Source of the DNA: Bacillota bacterium
Lineage (GTDB): Bacteria > Bacillota > Sulfobacillia > JAJZYS01 > JAJYTV01
Length of the DNA stretch: 64,000 nucleotides
Direction of reading: 5' to 3'
NCBI GenBank assembly: GCA_021793315.1
Contig: JAJYSZ010000005.1
Span: forward strand, 1,470-65,469
Within the stretch, counting starts at the first letter, position 1; every line of letters begins with the position of its first letter. This document shows, piece by piece, positions 19,495 to 28,354 of this stretch. Position numbers and translations under genes: made by a program. The notes below the pieces were generated by a model. The model ran no database searches. It was not told the DNA's origin and saw only the letters and a program-made list of their open reading frames with translations.

Positions 19495-20403
19495 TCAATG
19501 CATGCGTTGGTTCGAAGTCGGGTCCAGGGCATCCCTCAGCCCGTCTCCGACCAGGTTCACCGCCAGGACGACGAGGAAGATCATCAAGCCCGGGAAGATG
19601 GCGAGCCAGGGGGCGCTCGTGGTGAAAGACTGCGCCTGGTTCAGGAGGTAGCCCCATGAGATGTTGGGCGGCGTGAGACCGGCGCCCAGAAAGCTCATCA
19701 CGGACTCGAGGATGATCGCCTGACCCACGAGCAGGGTCGCGTTGACGATCAGGGGCGCCATGGCGTTCGGCAAGATCTCGCGCACGATGATGCGCGCGCT
19801 GCGCATGCCCACGGCGCGCGCCGCCTCGACGAAGTCGCGTTTCTTCAGGGTCAGGAACTGGCTGCGCACGATGCGCGCGGGGTACATCCAGGAGGTCAGC
19901 CCGATGATCGTGACGATGCTCACCGGTGTGGGTCCGATGAGCAGCGAGAGCAGCAGGACGACGAAGAGCAGGGGCACCGACAGTCCGACGTCGGTCACGC
20001 GCATCAGCAGAGCGTCCACGAGGTTCCCGAAGTAGCCTGAGATCGAGCCGACCGCGCCCCCGACCAGAACCGCCACGAGTGCCGCAAACACGCCGATGCT
20101 CAGGGAGACGCGCCCGCCGAACAGCACCTCCGTAAAGAGGTCGATGCCCAGGTCGTCGGTGCCCATCGGATGGTGCAGGCTCGGCGGAGCAAGCATGGCG
20201 GCAAGGTCCGGCTGGCCGAGCTGGTAGGGGGACACCCAAGGGGCAAGGATGGCAGCCAGCATGATCAGCAGGAGCACCACCGCCGCGGCGACGGCAATCC
20301 TGTGGCGCAGGAAGCGGCGCCAGACCAGATGCGCGAAGCTTTCGAACCTGGGGTTCGCCTGGGACGTGGGCAGCGGAGTTGCGCGTCGCGGCACGAGGGA
20401 CAT
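19495..20403 (-). CDS. Peptide ABC transporter permease (DppC/OppC-like)
   Basis: About 6 TM segments and a DppC-like N-terminus (FLRHRIAVAAAVVLLLIMLAAILAPWVSPY). EAA-like loop RDFVEAARAVGMRSARIIVREILPNA. Confidence 0.8.
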   Translation of the reverse strand: MSLVPRRATPLPTSQANPRFESFAHLVWRRFLRHRIAVAAAVVLLLIMLAAILAPWVSPYQLGQPDLAAMLAPPSLHHPMGTDDLGIDLFTEVLFGGRVSLSIGVFAALVAVLVGGAVGSISGYFGNLVDALLMRVTDVGLSVPLLFVVLLLSLLIGPTPVSIVTIIGLTSWMYPARIVRSQFLTLKKRDFVEAARAVGMRSARIIVREILPNAMAPLIVNATLLVGQAIILESVMSFLGAGLTPPNISWGYLLNQAQSFTTSAPWLAIFPGLMIFLVVLAVNLVGDGLRDALDPTSNQRMH

Positions 20404-20415
20404 CCCGGCGCCTCC

Positions 20416-21369
20416 TCAGCTGTACTGGATGCGAGGGTCGAGCAGGCCGTAAAGAACATCCGCGACGATGTTGGCCAGGACAATGACGACCGAGAGGAAG
20501 GAGACGACAGCCATCAGGACAGGGTAGTCGCTTTGCAGGATGGCCTGGATGAACAGGCGTCCCATGCCTGGCCAGGAGAAGATCGTCTCGGTGATCAGCG
20601 CGCCGCCGAACAGGTAGGCGGCGTCCATGACCATCACCGTCACGACAGGGAGCAGCGCGTTGCGCAGGGCATGGCGCCAGATCACCCGGCGCTCGCCGAC
20701 CCCCTTGGCGCGGGCGGTGCGTATGTAGTCCTGGTGGATGACGTCGAGCATCGACGAGCGCACGTAGCGGCTTTCGGACGCCAACGTATAGAAGGCCAGC
20801 ACCAGCATCGGCAGGATCAAGTGCCAAAGCCGGTCTCCCAGGCTGAACGCGGCACCCGCCGTCGCCATCCCACCGGCCGGGAACCAGTGCAGGTGCACGG
20901 AGAAGAGGACCAGCACCATCAGGCCCAGCCAGAATGTCGGCATGGAAAACCCGAAGTAGCTGACGACGGTGATCAGGTAGTCTCCGAAGGAATACTGCCG
21001 GACGGCGCTGTAGACGCCGAGCAGGAACGAGAACACGATGGTGATGAGGAACGACGATAGCATGAGCTCAAGGGTCGCGGGAAGGCGCTGGAGCATCATG
21101 CTGATGGCTGGCTGGGCGTACACGTAGGAGTAGCCGAAGTCGCCCCGCACGGCTTTCCCGAGCCAGTCCAGGTATTGCGTCCAGATGCCTTGGTTCAGGC
21201 CGTAGTCGACGCGGATCTGCTCCAGCATGGCCTTCGTGATGCCGGGCTGGTGGACGTACATCGCGAGCGGCCCGCCGGGCATGGCGTGCATCATGAAGAA
21301 GAGCAGCAGCGAGATCAGAAAGATCACCGGAATGGCCTGCGCTAGCCGACGAACGATGAAGACTCCCAT
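20416..21369 (-). CDS. Peptide ABC transporter permease (DppB/OppB-like)
   Basis: MGVFIVRRLAQAIPVIFLISLLLFFMMH and an EAA loop (DYIRTARAKGVGERRVIWRHALRNALLP). It is followed 13 nt downstream by the DppC-like gene. Confidence 0.8.
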   Translation of the reverse strand: MGVFIVRRLAQAIPVIFLISLLLFFMMHAMPGGPLAMYVHQPGITKAMLEQIRVDYGLNQGIWTQYLDWLGKAVRGDFGYSYVYAQPAISMMLQRLPATLELMLSSFLITIVFSFLLGVYSAVRQYSFGDYLITVVSYFGFSMPTFWLGLMVLVLFSVHLHWFPAGGMATAGAAFSLGDRLWHLILPMLVLAFYTLASESRYVRSSMLDVIHQDYIRTARAKGVGERRVIWRHALRNALLPVVTVMVMDAAYLFGGALITETIFSWPGMGRLFIQAILQSDYPVLMAVVSFLSVVIVLANIVADVLYGLLDPRIQYS

Positions 21370-21712
21370 CAGGGGACCTCCTCGCGGGCGCCTGGGAATG
21401 CGTCAGCACGAGACGGCGTCGGTGGTGCGAAGCAGCTGCGGTTGCAGCCAAGGCCGCGGACGGGGTTGTCGGCAAGGGGACGGTCCCGACGGGAGAACGC
21501 CGTCTGGCTACGGCGGAAGACCTCCGGAGGTCGGTGGGGTGAAGCCACACCGGAGCCGACGGGGTGATTTGGTCAACTATATGAGCTTGTCCAGCGCGAT
21601 AGACCAGATGATTTGGACGGTTCCATCTCGACGCGTGAAGGGCGGCCCCGCCGTGCAGGCAGGACCGCCCTTCGCCATCAAGTGAGGTGCTTCCAGGCGT
21701 AACCCGGCAGGA

Positions 21713-22159
21713 CTACGGCGCGACGGAACCCTGGCTTCGGATCGCCTCGCGGGCGAGTTCGTCGCAGCGGTTGTTCTCCTGGCTGCGGGCATGGCCCTTG
21801 ACCCAGTGGAACTGGACATCGTGCGGCTCTTTGGCCTGCATGATGGCTTGCCAGAGGTCCTGGTTCTCCACGCTGCCGCCCTGCGACGTGCGCCAACCGT
21901 TCTTCTGCCAGCGCGTCAGCCAGCCCTGACGGAACGCATTGACGACGTAGGTCGAGTCCGAATGCACCTGCACGGTGCAGGGCGTCTTGAGCGCGCGCAG
22001 GCCCTCGAGGAGCGCCGTCAGTTCCATGCGGTTGTTGGTGGTGCTCGGGGCGAAGCCGGAGATTTCCTTGCGCCGCTCGCCCCAAAGGAGGACGGCGGCC
22101 CAGCCGCCGGGGCCGGGGTTGCCGGAGCACGCCCCATCGGTGTAGAGGATGATGTCCAT
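21713..22159 (-). CDS. rnhA: Ribonuclease HI
   Basis: MDIILYTDGACSGNPGPGGWAAVL...NNRMEL...VQVHSDSTYVVNAF...WVKGHARSQENNRCDELAREA includes the DEDD catalytic residues in context. Confidence 0.85.
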   Translation of the reverse strand: MDIILYTDGACSGNPGPGGWAAVLLWGERRKEISGFAPSTTNNRMELTALLEGLRALKTPCTVQVHSDSTYVVNAFRQGWLTRWQKNGWRTSQGGSVENQDLWQAIMQAKEPHDVQFHWVKGHARSQENNRCDELAREAIRSQGSVAP

Positions 22160-22172
22160 GCAGATGGCTCCT

Positions 22173-24383
22173 TCAGTAGGTCGGATGACCGTGATCGACT
22201 AAGGTTCGCCGCGCCGGCTCGCCGCCCCTTGCCACGGCGGAGCGTCGCACCGTGGATCGGGCGTATCGGCCCGCGTGCCGGGTTCTCTTCGGCTGCGCGG
22301 CTGCGGGGAGGTCCCAGACGCCGCGGCCGTAGGTGCCCAGCAGCAGTTCGCCAGAGGGTAGCTGTGCCACCGTGGTTGTCTGGACATTTGGCAGCCCCCC
22401 GCCGAGCGGACGCCAGACAGAGTCGCGGGCGCGGCTCCAGAAGACGCCGCCGCCGGTGGCCGCCACGAGACCGTTCGGCGCGACGTAGAGGCCCAGCACC
22501 GAGAAGCTCGGCAGGTCGCCTGTGACATCGGTCCAGGACGGCCACGACGCATCGGCGGCGGGGGTTTCGAAGACGAACGGGCAGTCCGGCAGGGACTGCG
22601 GCATCCCGAAGGCGACGCTGACGAAGGCGCGGTAGGGGTCGCCCGGTGTCGCTGCGATGTCCGTGACATAGGCATCCGCGTTGCCCGGACCGGCATAGGC
22701 GCAGGGCGTGGTCCAGACGGCGGGCGATATGACCGTCCAGTTGAGTCCGGCATTCTCGGACACGGCGACCTGACCGTTCTGCCAGCCCGCGTACACGATC
22801 AGGCTGCTCCCCGGCGCGAAGGCGATCACCGTGACCGGGCCGCCGCCGCGCAGGTGCGTCACCTCCTGCCAGTTCCCGCCGTCGCGCGTCGAACGCCAGA
22901 CCTGCTGCCCGCCGGCAAGCAGGACGTTGCGCTGCAAGGGGTCCACCGCGAAAGCGCCGACGCCCAGCGATCCGACAGGCGGCTGTGGCGACCCCCAGTG
23001 CCTACCGCTGCTGCCCGAACGCTCGAGCGAGCCGTCGGCCTCACCGAGCATGAGAGGCGGCTTGCCGGCGCCGAAGGCATTCCAGGCGCCATCGCCGCCG
23101 ATCAGCGAGGTCCAGCGGCCGGTGCGCCGGTCGTAGACGGCGGTGCCGTTGTCCTGGAAGCCCGCGAGTACGCGGTTGCCGCCGGGAGCGACGGCCATGG
23201 CCGGGTAGACCTGCGTGATGGAAAGGTCGGTGTTGAGGTCCTGGACGGTGTTCTGGGGCGTCAGGCGGTAGACGCCGCCGTCGTTGCCGATGTAGAGTCC
23301 CTGCGCGCTGAAGAGCAGGGCGTGCTGGTCCGTGTGCAGGTAGAAGTTCTGCGTGAGGTCTGTCCAGCTGGCGCCGCCGTCCGTGGTGACCAGGAGCTCG
23401 ACTCCGCCCGCAAAGAGGTCCTGCGGGTGGTCGGGCGCGACGGCCAGAACCTGGTCGTAGTCGCCCTGCGCCTGCGGCGGCGAGGTGCCAGGCTCGCGTA
23501 GGAAGTCCGGCGTGTGGGCGAGCTTCGCGAAGGTCTTGCCCCCGTCGCGGCTGACGTAGAGCCCGAGCAGGCAGTCCGTGCAGCGGCGGCTCAAGGTCGC
23601 CATGCTGACGTACATGGTGCTCGGGTCGCTGGGCGCGATGGCCAGCGCCACCCTTCCGATCCGGTCCTGGCGATGCGGCAGACCGTCCGTCAGCGTGCGC
23701 CACTTGCCCCCGAGATCGCTCGAGACCTCGACGCCCATGCCCTCGACGCCGGCGAGCAGGCGTCGAGGGCTGCCCGGCGCCCAGGCGAGGTCGTCCGTGG
23801 CCACGTCGAGCACGCGTCGCCAGGTGCGCCCGCCGTTGTCGGAACGCTCGATGCCGAGATCGCCGGCTGCGAAGATGCGCTTGGGATCGGTCGGGTCGAG
23901 CAGGATCGACGAGAGGTAATGGCCGTAGAAGACCTTCTGGCCGAGCAGTTGCCAGCTGCGGCCGCCGTCTGCACTGCGCAGGATGCCGTCCGAAAAGAAG
24001 CAATCGCCGCAGTCGTCGTCCTCGCCGGTGCCGGCGTAGATCACCTCGGGCTTCGCCTGGATGGCCAAGGCGCCGATCGCCATGTCTGGCGTGTGATCCG
24101 AAAGCGGACGCCAGCTCTTGCCGCCGTTCGCGGTCACCCAGACGCCGCCGCCCGCCGATCCCGCGTAGAGCTTGCCGTCCGCCGCCGCAAGCGCCGTGAC
24201 GCGTCCGCTCTCGTTGCCTGCGAAGGGATCGTGAAGGACGGGCGCAGGACCGATGGCCTGCCACAGGCCGCGAACCGGCATGAGCGGGGATGCGACCGGG
24301 GCGGCCGACGTGGATATGACGAGCCAGGCTGCGACCGCAAGCAGCGCGACGCTGGCGAGCCAGGCGGGGACGCGGCGGGACAA
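22173..24383 (-). CDS. Membrane-anchored BNR/Asp-box repeat (beta-propeller) protein
   Basis: At least 8 Asp-box repeats (S-x-D-x-G-x-T/S-W) are present: ANGGKSWRPL, SADGGRSWQLL, SDNGGRTWRRV, SSDLGGKWRTL, SRDGGKTFAKL, TTDGGASWTDL, STRDGGNWQEV, SENAGLNWTVI. TTG start after GGAGGGA, then a single TM/signal anchor (VPAWLASVALLAVAAWLVISTSAAP). The track ORF extends further 5'. Confidence 0.65.
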   Translation of the reverse strand: MSRRVPAWLASVALLAVAAWLVISTSAAPVASPLMPVRGLWQAIGPAPVLHDPFAGNESGRVTALAAADGKLYAGSAGGGVWVTANGGKSWRPLSDHTPDMAIGALAIQAKPEVIYAGTGEDDDCGDCFFSDGILRSADGGRSWQLLGQKVFYGHYLSSILLDPTDPKRIFAAGDLGIERSDNGGRTWRRVLDVATDDLAWAPGSPRRLLAGVEGMGVEVSSDLGGKWRTLTDGLPHRQDRIGRVALAIAPSDPSTMYVSMATLSRRCTDCLLGLYVSRDGGKTFAKLAHTPDFLREPGTSPPQAQGDYDQVLAVAPDHPQDLFAGGVELLVTTDGGASWTDLTQNFYLHTDQHALLFSAQGLYIGNDGGVYRLTPQNTVQDLNTDLSITQVYPAMAVAPGGNRVLAGFQDNGTAVYDRRTGRWTSLIGGDGAWNAFGAGKPPLMLGEADGSLERSGSSGRHWGSPQPPVGSLGVGAFAVDPLQRNVLLAGGQQVWRSTRDGGNWQEVTHLRGGGPVTVIAFAPGSSLIVYAGWQNGQVAVSENAGLNWTVISPAVWTTPCAYAGPGNADAYVTDIAATPGDPYRAFVSVAFGMPQSLPDCPFVFETPAADASWPSWTDVTGDLPSFSVLGLYVAPNGLVAATGGGVFWSRARDSVWRPLGGGLPNVQTTTVAQLPSGELLLGTYGRGVWDLPAAAQPKRTRHAGRYARSTVRRSAVARGGEPARRTLVDHGHPTY

Positions 24384-24540
24384 GCACGATCCCTCCTGCG
24401 ACGCGTGACGATGGAGCAGCTGTAACGCGATTCGGGGCCGCTTTGCGTCGTTCCTGCGCAGCCCACGCCGGCGCCTGCGGGCAGACGCGGTCACCTGGGT
24501 CTTCGATGCAGGTGGGCGGGGCCAGAGGCGCGAAGCCGCC

Positions 24541-25848
24541 TTGGACATGAGCGGTGGGAGTTGGGGACCTGTGCGCTGCGCGCAATGGCTGGAGAGGGCC
24601 GAACGCATCGATCGCGAGGATGGCCTGCAGGGACTGCGGCAGGAGTTCCTGCTGCCGGACGGCGTGATCTATCTGGACGGCAATTCGCTTGGGCCGCTGA
24701 CTCTAAGAGGCCTTGCGCACCTCGAGCGGGCCATCGCCGACTGGCGCCGCCTCGGTGTCGGGGGCTGGCAGGGAGCCGAGGTACCATGGTTCCATCTCGC
24801 CGAGACGATCGGGACGATGCTTTCGGATATCGTGGGCGCGGAACCAGGGGAAGTCATCGCCACCGCGCAGACCACCCTGAACCTCCACCAGATCCTCCAG
24901 ACCTTCTATCGCCCGACCGGCGAGCGGCACGTCGTGGTCACCGACGCGCTCGCGTTCCCGAGCGATCTCTATGCCATTGCGGGCCATCTCAAGCAGCGCG
25001 GACTTGACGTCCGGCGGAGCCTGCGCCTGATCGCCAGCCGCGACGGCCGCACGCTGGCGGCCGACGACGTGCGGGACGCGATCGGCGACGACGTGGCACT
25101 CGCGGTGCTGCCAGGAGTCCTTTACCGCTCGGGGCAGCTGCTGCCGATTGGCGAGCTTACGGCGGCGGCGCATGATCACGGGGCGCTGGTCGCCTGGGAT
25201 CTTTCGCACGCCGTGGGTGCCGTGCCGCTCGCGCTGCACCGGGACGGGGCGGATTTCGGCTTCTTCTGCACCTACAAGTACCTTTGCGGCGGCCCGGGTG
25301 CGATCGGCGGGCTCTTCGTCCATCGCCGCCACCTGCCCGTCAGGCCAGGCATGGCAGGCTGGTTCAGCAGCGACAAGGCAAGGCAGTTCGACATGTCCGC
25401 GGAGCTCGAGCCGTCTGCCGGCGCCGGAGCGCTTCAGGTGGGGACGCCTCCGATCTTGGCGGCGGCGCCGCTGCTCGGGAGCCTTGAGATCTATCGCAAA
25501 GTGGGCATGGACGACGTGCGGCGGCGCTCGGTGCGCCAGACCGAATTTCTCGAGGCGATGGCGGACGACGTACTGGCCGAACTCGGCTTTCAGGTGGCGA
25601 CGCCGCGCAGTGCTCACGCACGGGGAGGCCACGTCGCGCTGGCCCACCCCGAGGCGGCGCGCCTCAGCAGGGCACTCAAGGACCGGGGCGTCGTGCCGGA
25701 CTTCCGTCCGCCGGATGTCGTGCGGCTGGGTCCGCACCCGCTCTACACCAGCTTTGAGGAAATCGCCAGAGCACTCGCCATCCTGCGCGAGATCGTGCTG
25801 CAGGGTGAGCACCTGCGCTATCCGCAGGGCAGGGAGGAAGTGGGCTGA
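24541..25848 (+). CDS. kynU: Kynureninase
   Basis: LPDGVIYLDGNSLGP, WDLSHAVGAVPL, FGFFCTYKYLCGGPGAIGGLFV and the KynU-like C-terminus closely parallel bacterial kynureninase. Start is TTG 24541 or ATG 24547. Confidence 0.85.
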   Translation: MDMSGGSWGPVRCAQWLERAERIDREDGLQGLRQEFLLPDGVIYLDGNSLGPLTLRGLAHLERAIADWRRLGVGGWQGAEVPWFHLAETIGTMLSDIVGAEPGEVIATAQTTLNLHQILQTFYRPTGERHVVVTDALAFPSDLYAIAGHLKQRGLDVRRSLRLIASRDGRTLAADDVRDAIGDDVALAVLPGVLYRSGQLLPIGELTAAAHDHGALVAWDLSHAVGAVPLALHRDGADFGFFCTYKYLCGGPGAIGGLFVHRRHLPVRPGMAGWFSSDKARQFDMSAELEPSAGAGALQVGTPPILAAAPLLGSLEIYRKVGMDDVRRRSVRQTEFLEAMADDVLAELGFQVATPRSAHARGGHVALAHPEAARLSRALKDRGVVPDFRPPDVVRLGPHPLYTSFEEIARALAILREIVLQGEHLRYPQGREEVG

Positions 25849-25914
25849 CGATCGGTATCCGCCGACAGGAATCTCCCCTGCAAGCGACACTGGCCGTCGA
25901 AATTCGACAACGAG

Positions 25915-25946
25915 AAGGCACCGAACCCCCAAGGTCCGGTGCCTTC
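25915..25946. terminator. Hairpin between convergent kynU and the membrane-protein gene
   Basis: gaaggcaccg-aacccccaaggt-ccggtgccttc followed by ttcaatg. Confidence 0.4.
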
Positions 25947-25987
25947 AATGTGGAGAGCCGCCGCGATGGTCTCCGAGCGGGCGAAAC

Positions 25988-26560
25988 CTACTTCTTCATG
26001 TAGGCTGGGACGTACTTGGCGAAGTCCGCCATGTGGCCGGGGTAGCTGAGGAATCCGGTGTAGAGCCAGATGACGGCCGCTACGGCGAGCACGATGGCGG
26101 CGACGATCGCGATCCAGCGCTGGTTCTTCATGGAGACGGCCGGCAGGGTCAGGATGCCGCCGAGGCCAGCGAAGATGAAGCCCAGACCGGCGATGGTCGG
26201 AGAGCTCGACATGTGCAGGGTGATGATGTGTTCGCCGACGACGATCGCGGCGATACCGGCGAAGAAGCCCCAGATCGCCGGGCCGAGGAGCTCGAGGCGG
26301 AAGACGAGCGCGAGGCCTGCTACGGTGAAGAGGGCGCCGAACATCAGGGCGGGCTCACCGTAAGCGACGTTGTAGGCGCCGGGAAGCGGCCAGGTGACGA
26401 CAATCGGAATGGACGTCGCAGCCAGGATGAGGGCGGTGGCGCCAAAGCCGAAGCCCCAGGTCGGACGGTGTTCGGGAGCCGGTGCGAAGTAGAGATACAG
26501 GGCCAGAAGCGCAAGTCCGGCTCCCACGGCAACCAGCATGACTGCAAGATAATCGATCAT
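25988..26560 (-). CDS. Small polytopic membrane protein (about 6 TM, DUF981-like), function unknown
   Basis: 190 aa, very hydrophobic (MIDYLAVMLVAVGAGLALLALYLYF...). AAGGGGAGG RBS 9 nt upstream of the ATG. Confidence 0.5.
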   Translation of the reverse strand: MIDYLAVMLVAVGAGLALLALYLYFAPAPEHRPTWGFGFGATALILAATSIPIVVTWPLPGAYNVAYGEPALMFGALFTVAGLALVFRLELLGPAIWGFFAGIAAIVVGEHIITLHMSSSPTIAGLGFIFAGLGGILTLPAVSMKNQRWIAIVAAIVLAVAAVIWLYTGFLSYPGHMADFAKYVPAYMKK

Positions 26561-27070
26561 GGAACTTTGCCTCCCCTTGGCAGTGCGCCTCGCGGCCGTC
26601 GGCGCTGCCCTACCCGGGCTGTCTGCCTGGAGCTACTATCGCGCTTGCAACGAGTAGGCCATATGAACATCTAGTCCGTTTCGTACTGGTGCGGCCGGTA
26701 GGTAGGTTGGCCGGGCAATTTACCCACGCCCCGGCCATCTGCCAGAGCGGTATGGCGCGCCATATGACAAAGTGGCCCCAGTAGCACGTGAAAAAAGTCG
26801 CATGCGGTAGGGCCACTCGCCAGGGTCCGCCCGGCATTTTGCGGAGCGAGGCGCCCTGCAGACTCTCCAGATCCTGATAGCAAGCGAGAAACGGAGCATA
26901 CCGGGGTGGCGTACCTACGGCACCGTCGGTGCGTCGCGAAGGGCCAGCGACCATTGGCCCAAACACGGCGTCCACACGCCGATTTTCCCGTACCGAGTCG
27001 GCCGGCCCTGCAGCGCGGGTCCTATGCACCACGTTACAAGGACGGCAGCGGCTGTGCAGTCACCAAAACC

Positions 27071-27102
27071 TTGACGGTGGGCGATATTTAGATAATTATA
27101 AA
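27071..27102 (+). promoter_or_regulatory. Candidate sigma-70-like promoter/operator in the AT-rich patch upstream of the ArsR-family gene
   Basis: TTGACG (27071) followed by the AT-rich gatatttagataattataaaaa with several -10-like hexamers. The ATAATTAT palindrome could be an ArsR-type operator. Confidence 0.35.
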
Positions 27103-27126
27103 AACACCAAAGAAGGTGTTGTGCAG

Positions 27127-27441
27127 ATGTCCCTGGGCGACGTTTTTCAGGCCCTCGCGGACCCGACGCGTCGACAGATTCTGCGCATGCTCAGCCAGGG
27201 GGATCTCAGCGCAGGCGAGATCGCGGCGGCGTTCACCCTTTCGAAGCCGAGCATCTCGCACCATCTCAACACCCTGCGCCAGGCGAACCTCGTGCTGTCG
27301 CGCCGGCAAGGACAGATGATCATCTACTCCCTGCACACCACGGTGCTGCAAGAAGCGCTGGGCTGGGGCTTGGACATTCTGCGCCGGGGCGACGCGCACG
27401 GGGGAGAGGACGCGGGAGAGGATGGAAGTCATGGAGGATAG
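27127..27441 (+). CDS. ArsR/SmtB-family transcriptional repressor (SdpR-like)
   Basis: FQALADPTRRQILRMLSQGDLSAGEIAAAFTLSKPSISHHLNTLRQANLV is a winged-HTH ArsR signature. ATG follows an AAGAAGGTG RBS. Confidence 0.8.
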   Translation: MSLGDVFQALADPTRRQILRMLSQGDLSAGEIAAAFTLSKPSISHHLNTLRQANLVLSRRQGQMIIYSLHTTVLQEALGWGLDILRRGDAHGGEDAGEDGSHGG

Positions 27442-28111
27442 GGCAAAGGAGTATCGGCTTGCCGCAGAGGTCAGGCATGACTGGCCGGTCTATCTCGTCT
27501 GGCTGGCGATGCTGGCTGTCGGCGTCTGGGCCCTGCCGCAGTTGCCTCCACACGTGGCGACGCACTTCGGTCTGAACGGCCGGGCGAACGGCTGGATGTC
27601 GCCGCTGGGGGCCGTGTTCGTGCCGATCGGCGTGGCGGTGCTGGTCTGGCTCTTCCTGCTGGTGGTGCCCGCGATCGATCCGAGGCGCCGCAACTACCCG
27701 GATTTTCTGCCCTTCTACCGGTCGATCCGATTGCTCCTGGTGCTGGTTCTCGCGTTCGTGTTCTTCTCGTCGCTGTGGCGCAATCTTGGCCACACCGTCG
27801 TAGAGCCCGGCGACGTCGCGGTGCTGGTCGTCGGGCTGCTCTTCATGTTCATAGGCAACTCGCTCGGGCGCGTGCGCCACAACTACTTCGTCGGCATTCG
27901 CACCCCATGGACGCTCGCTAACGAGGAAGTCTGGCGGCGCACGCACCGCTTCGCAGGCCCGGTGCTCATGCTGGCTGGCCTGCTGCCGGTCATCCTGCTG
28001 TTCTTCTGGCCGCAGGTGGCGAGGCTGCTCCTGCTGATTTGCATCGTTGCGGCAGTCCTGATCACGACGGTGTACTCCTACGTGATCTACCGCCGGGTGG
28101 CGGAGGAATAG
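27431..28111 (+). CDS. SdpI/YhfL-family membrane protein (DUF1648 + SdpI-like)
   Basis: The THFGLNGRANGWMSP...NYFVGIRTPWTLANEEVWRRTHRFAGPVLMLAG pattern is typical of SdpI/YhfL immunity-type proteins. It overlaps the ArsR gene end, giving an sdpR-sdpI-like arrangement. Confidence 0.65.
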   Translation: MEDRAKEYRLAAEVRHDWPVYLVWLAMLAVGVWALPQLPPHVATHFGLNGRANGWMSPLGAVFVPIGVAVLVWLFLLVVPAIDPRRRNYPDFLPFYRSIRLLLVLVLAFVFFSSLWRNLGHTVVEPGDVAVLVVGLLFMFIGNSLGRVRHNYFVGIRTPWTLANEEVWRRTHRFAGPVLMLAGLLPVILLFFWPQVARLLLLICIVAAVLITTVYSYVIYRRVAEE

Positions 28112-28354
28112 GCGCAAGTGCGGGGCGAGCCTGGTACCCGGGTCCGATGGCAAACTGGGGGCTTTCCAGAAGACTGGCGTCACGGCGGCGCGAGGAGGGT
28201 CCTCATGGCACGCCGCATGACGCCGGTCCTGCTTGCCCTTGACCTGCCCCCGGGCTCCAGCACACGGCCGCGCAGCATGAGCCCGATCAGGTTTTGCGGC
28301 CTGCGGGTAGTGCACTTGACCATAGCCTGACACGGGCCCCTGTGGGCGCCCGCC

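Noticed and set aside
17807-20827. 1006-aa minus-strand ORF from the track
   Set aside because: Only the last about 545 codons (from MRDKWWKSLL with its own RBS) form the substrate-binding protein. The upstream part is read-through in an alternative frame across the DppC-like gene.
26640-27060. Possible RNase P RNA (rnpB)
   Set aside because: A few short matches (UAGGGC, GCGAGAAAC) but no recognisable P4 strands (GGAAAGUCC / ACAGAA) on either strand. Kept only as a low-confidence structured-region finding.
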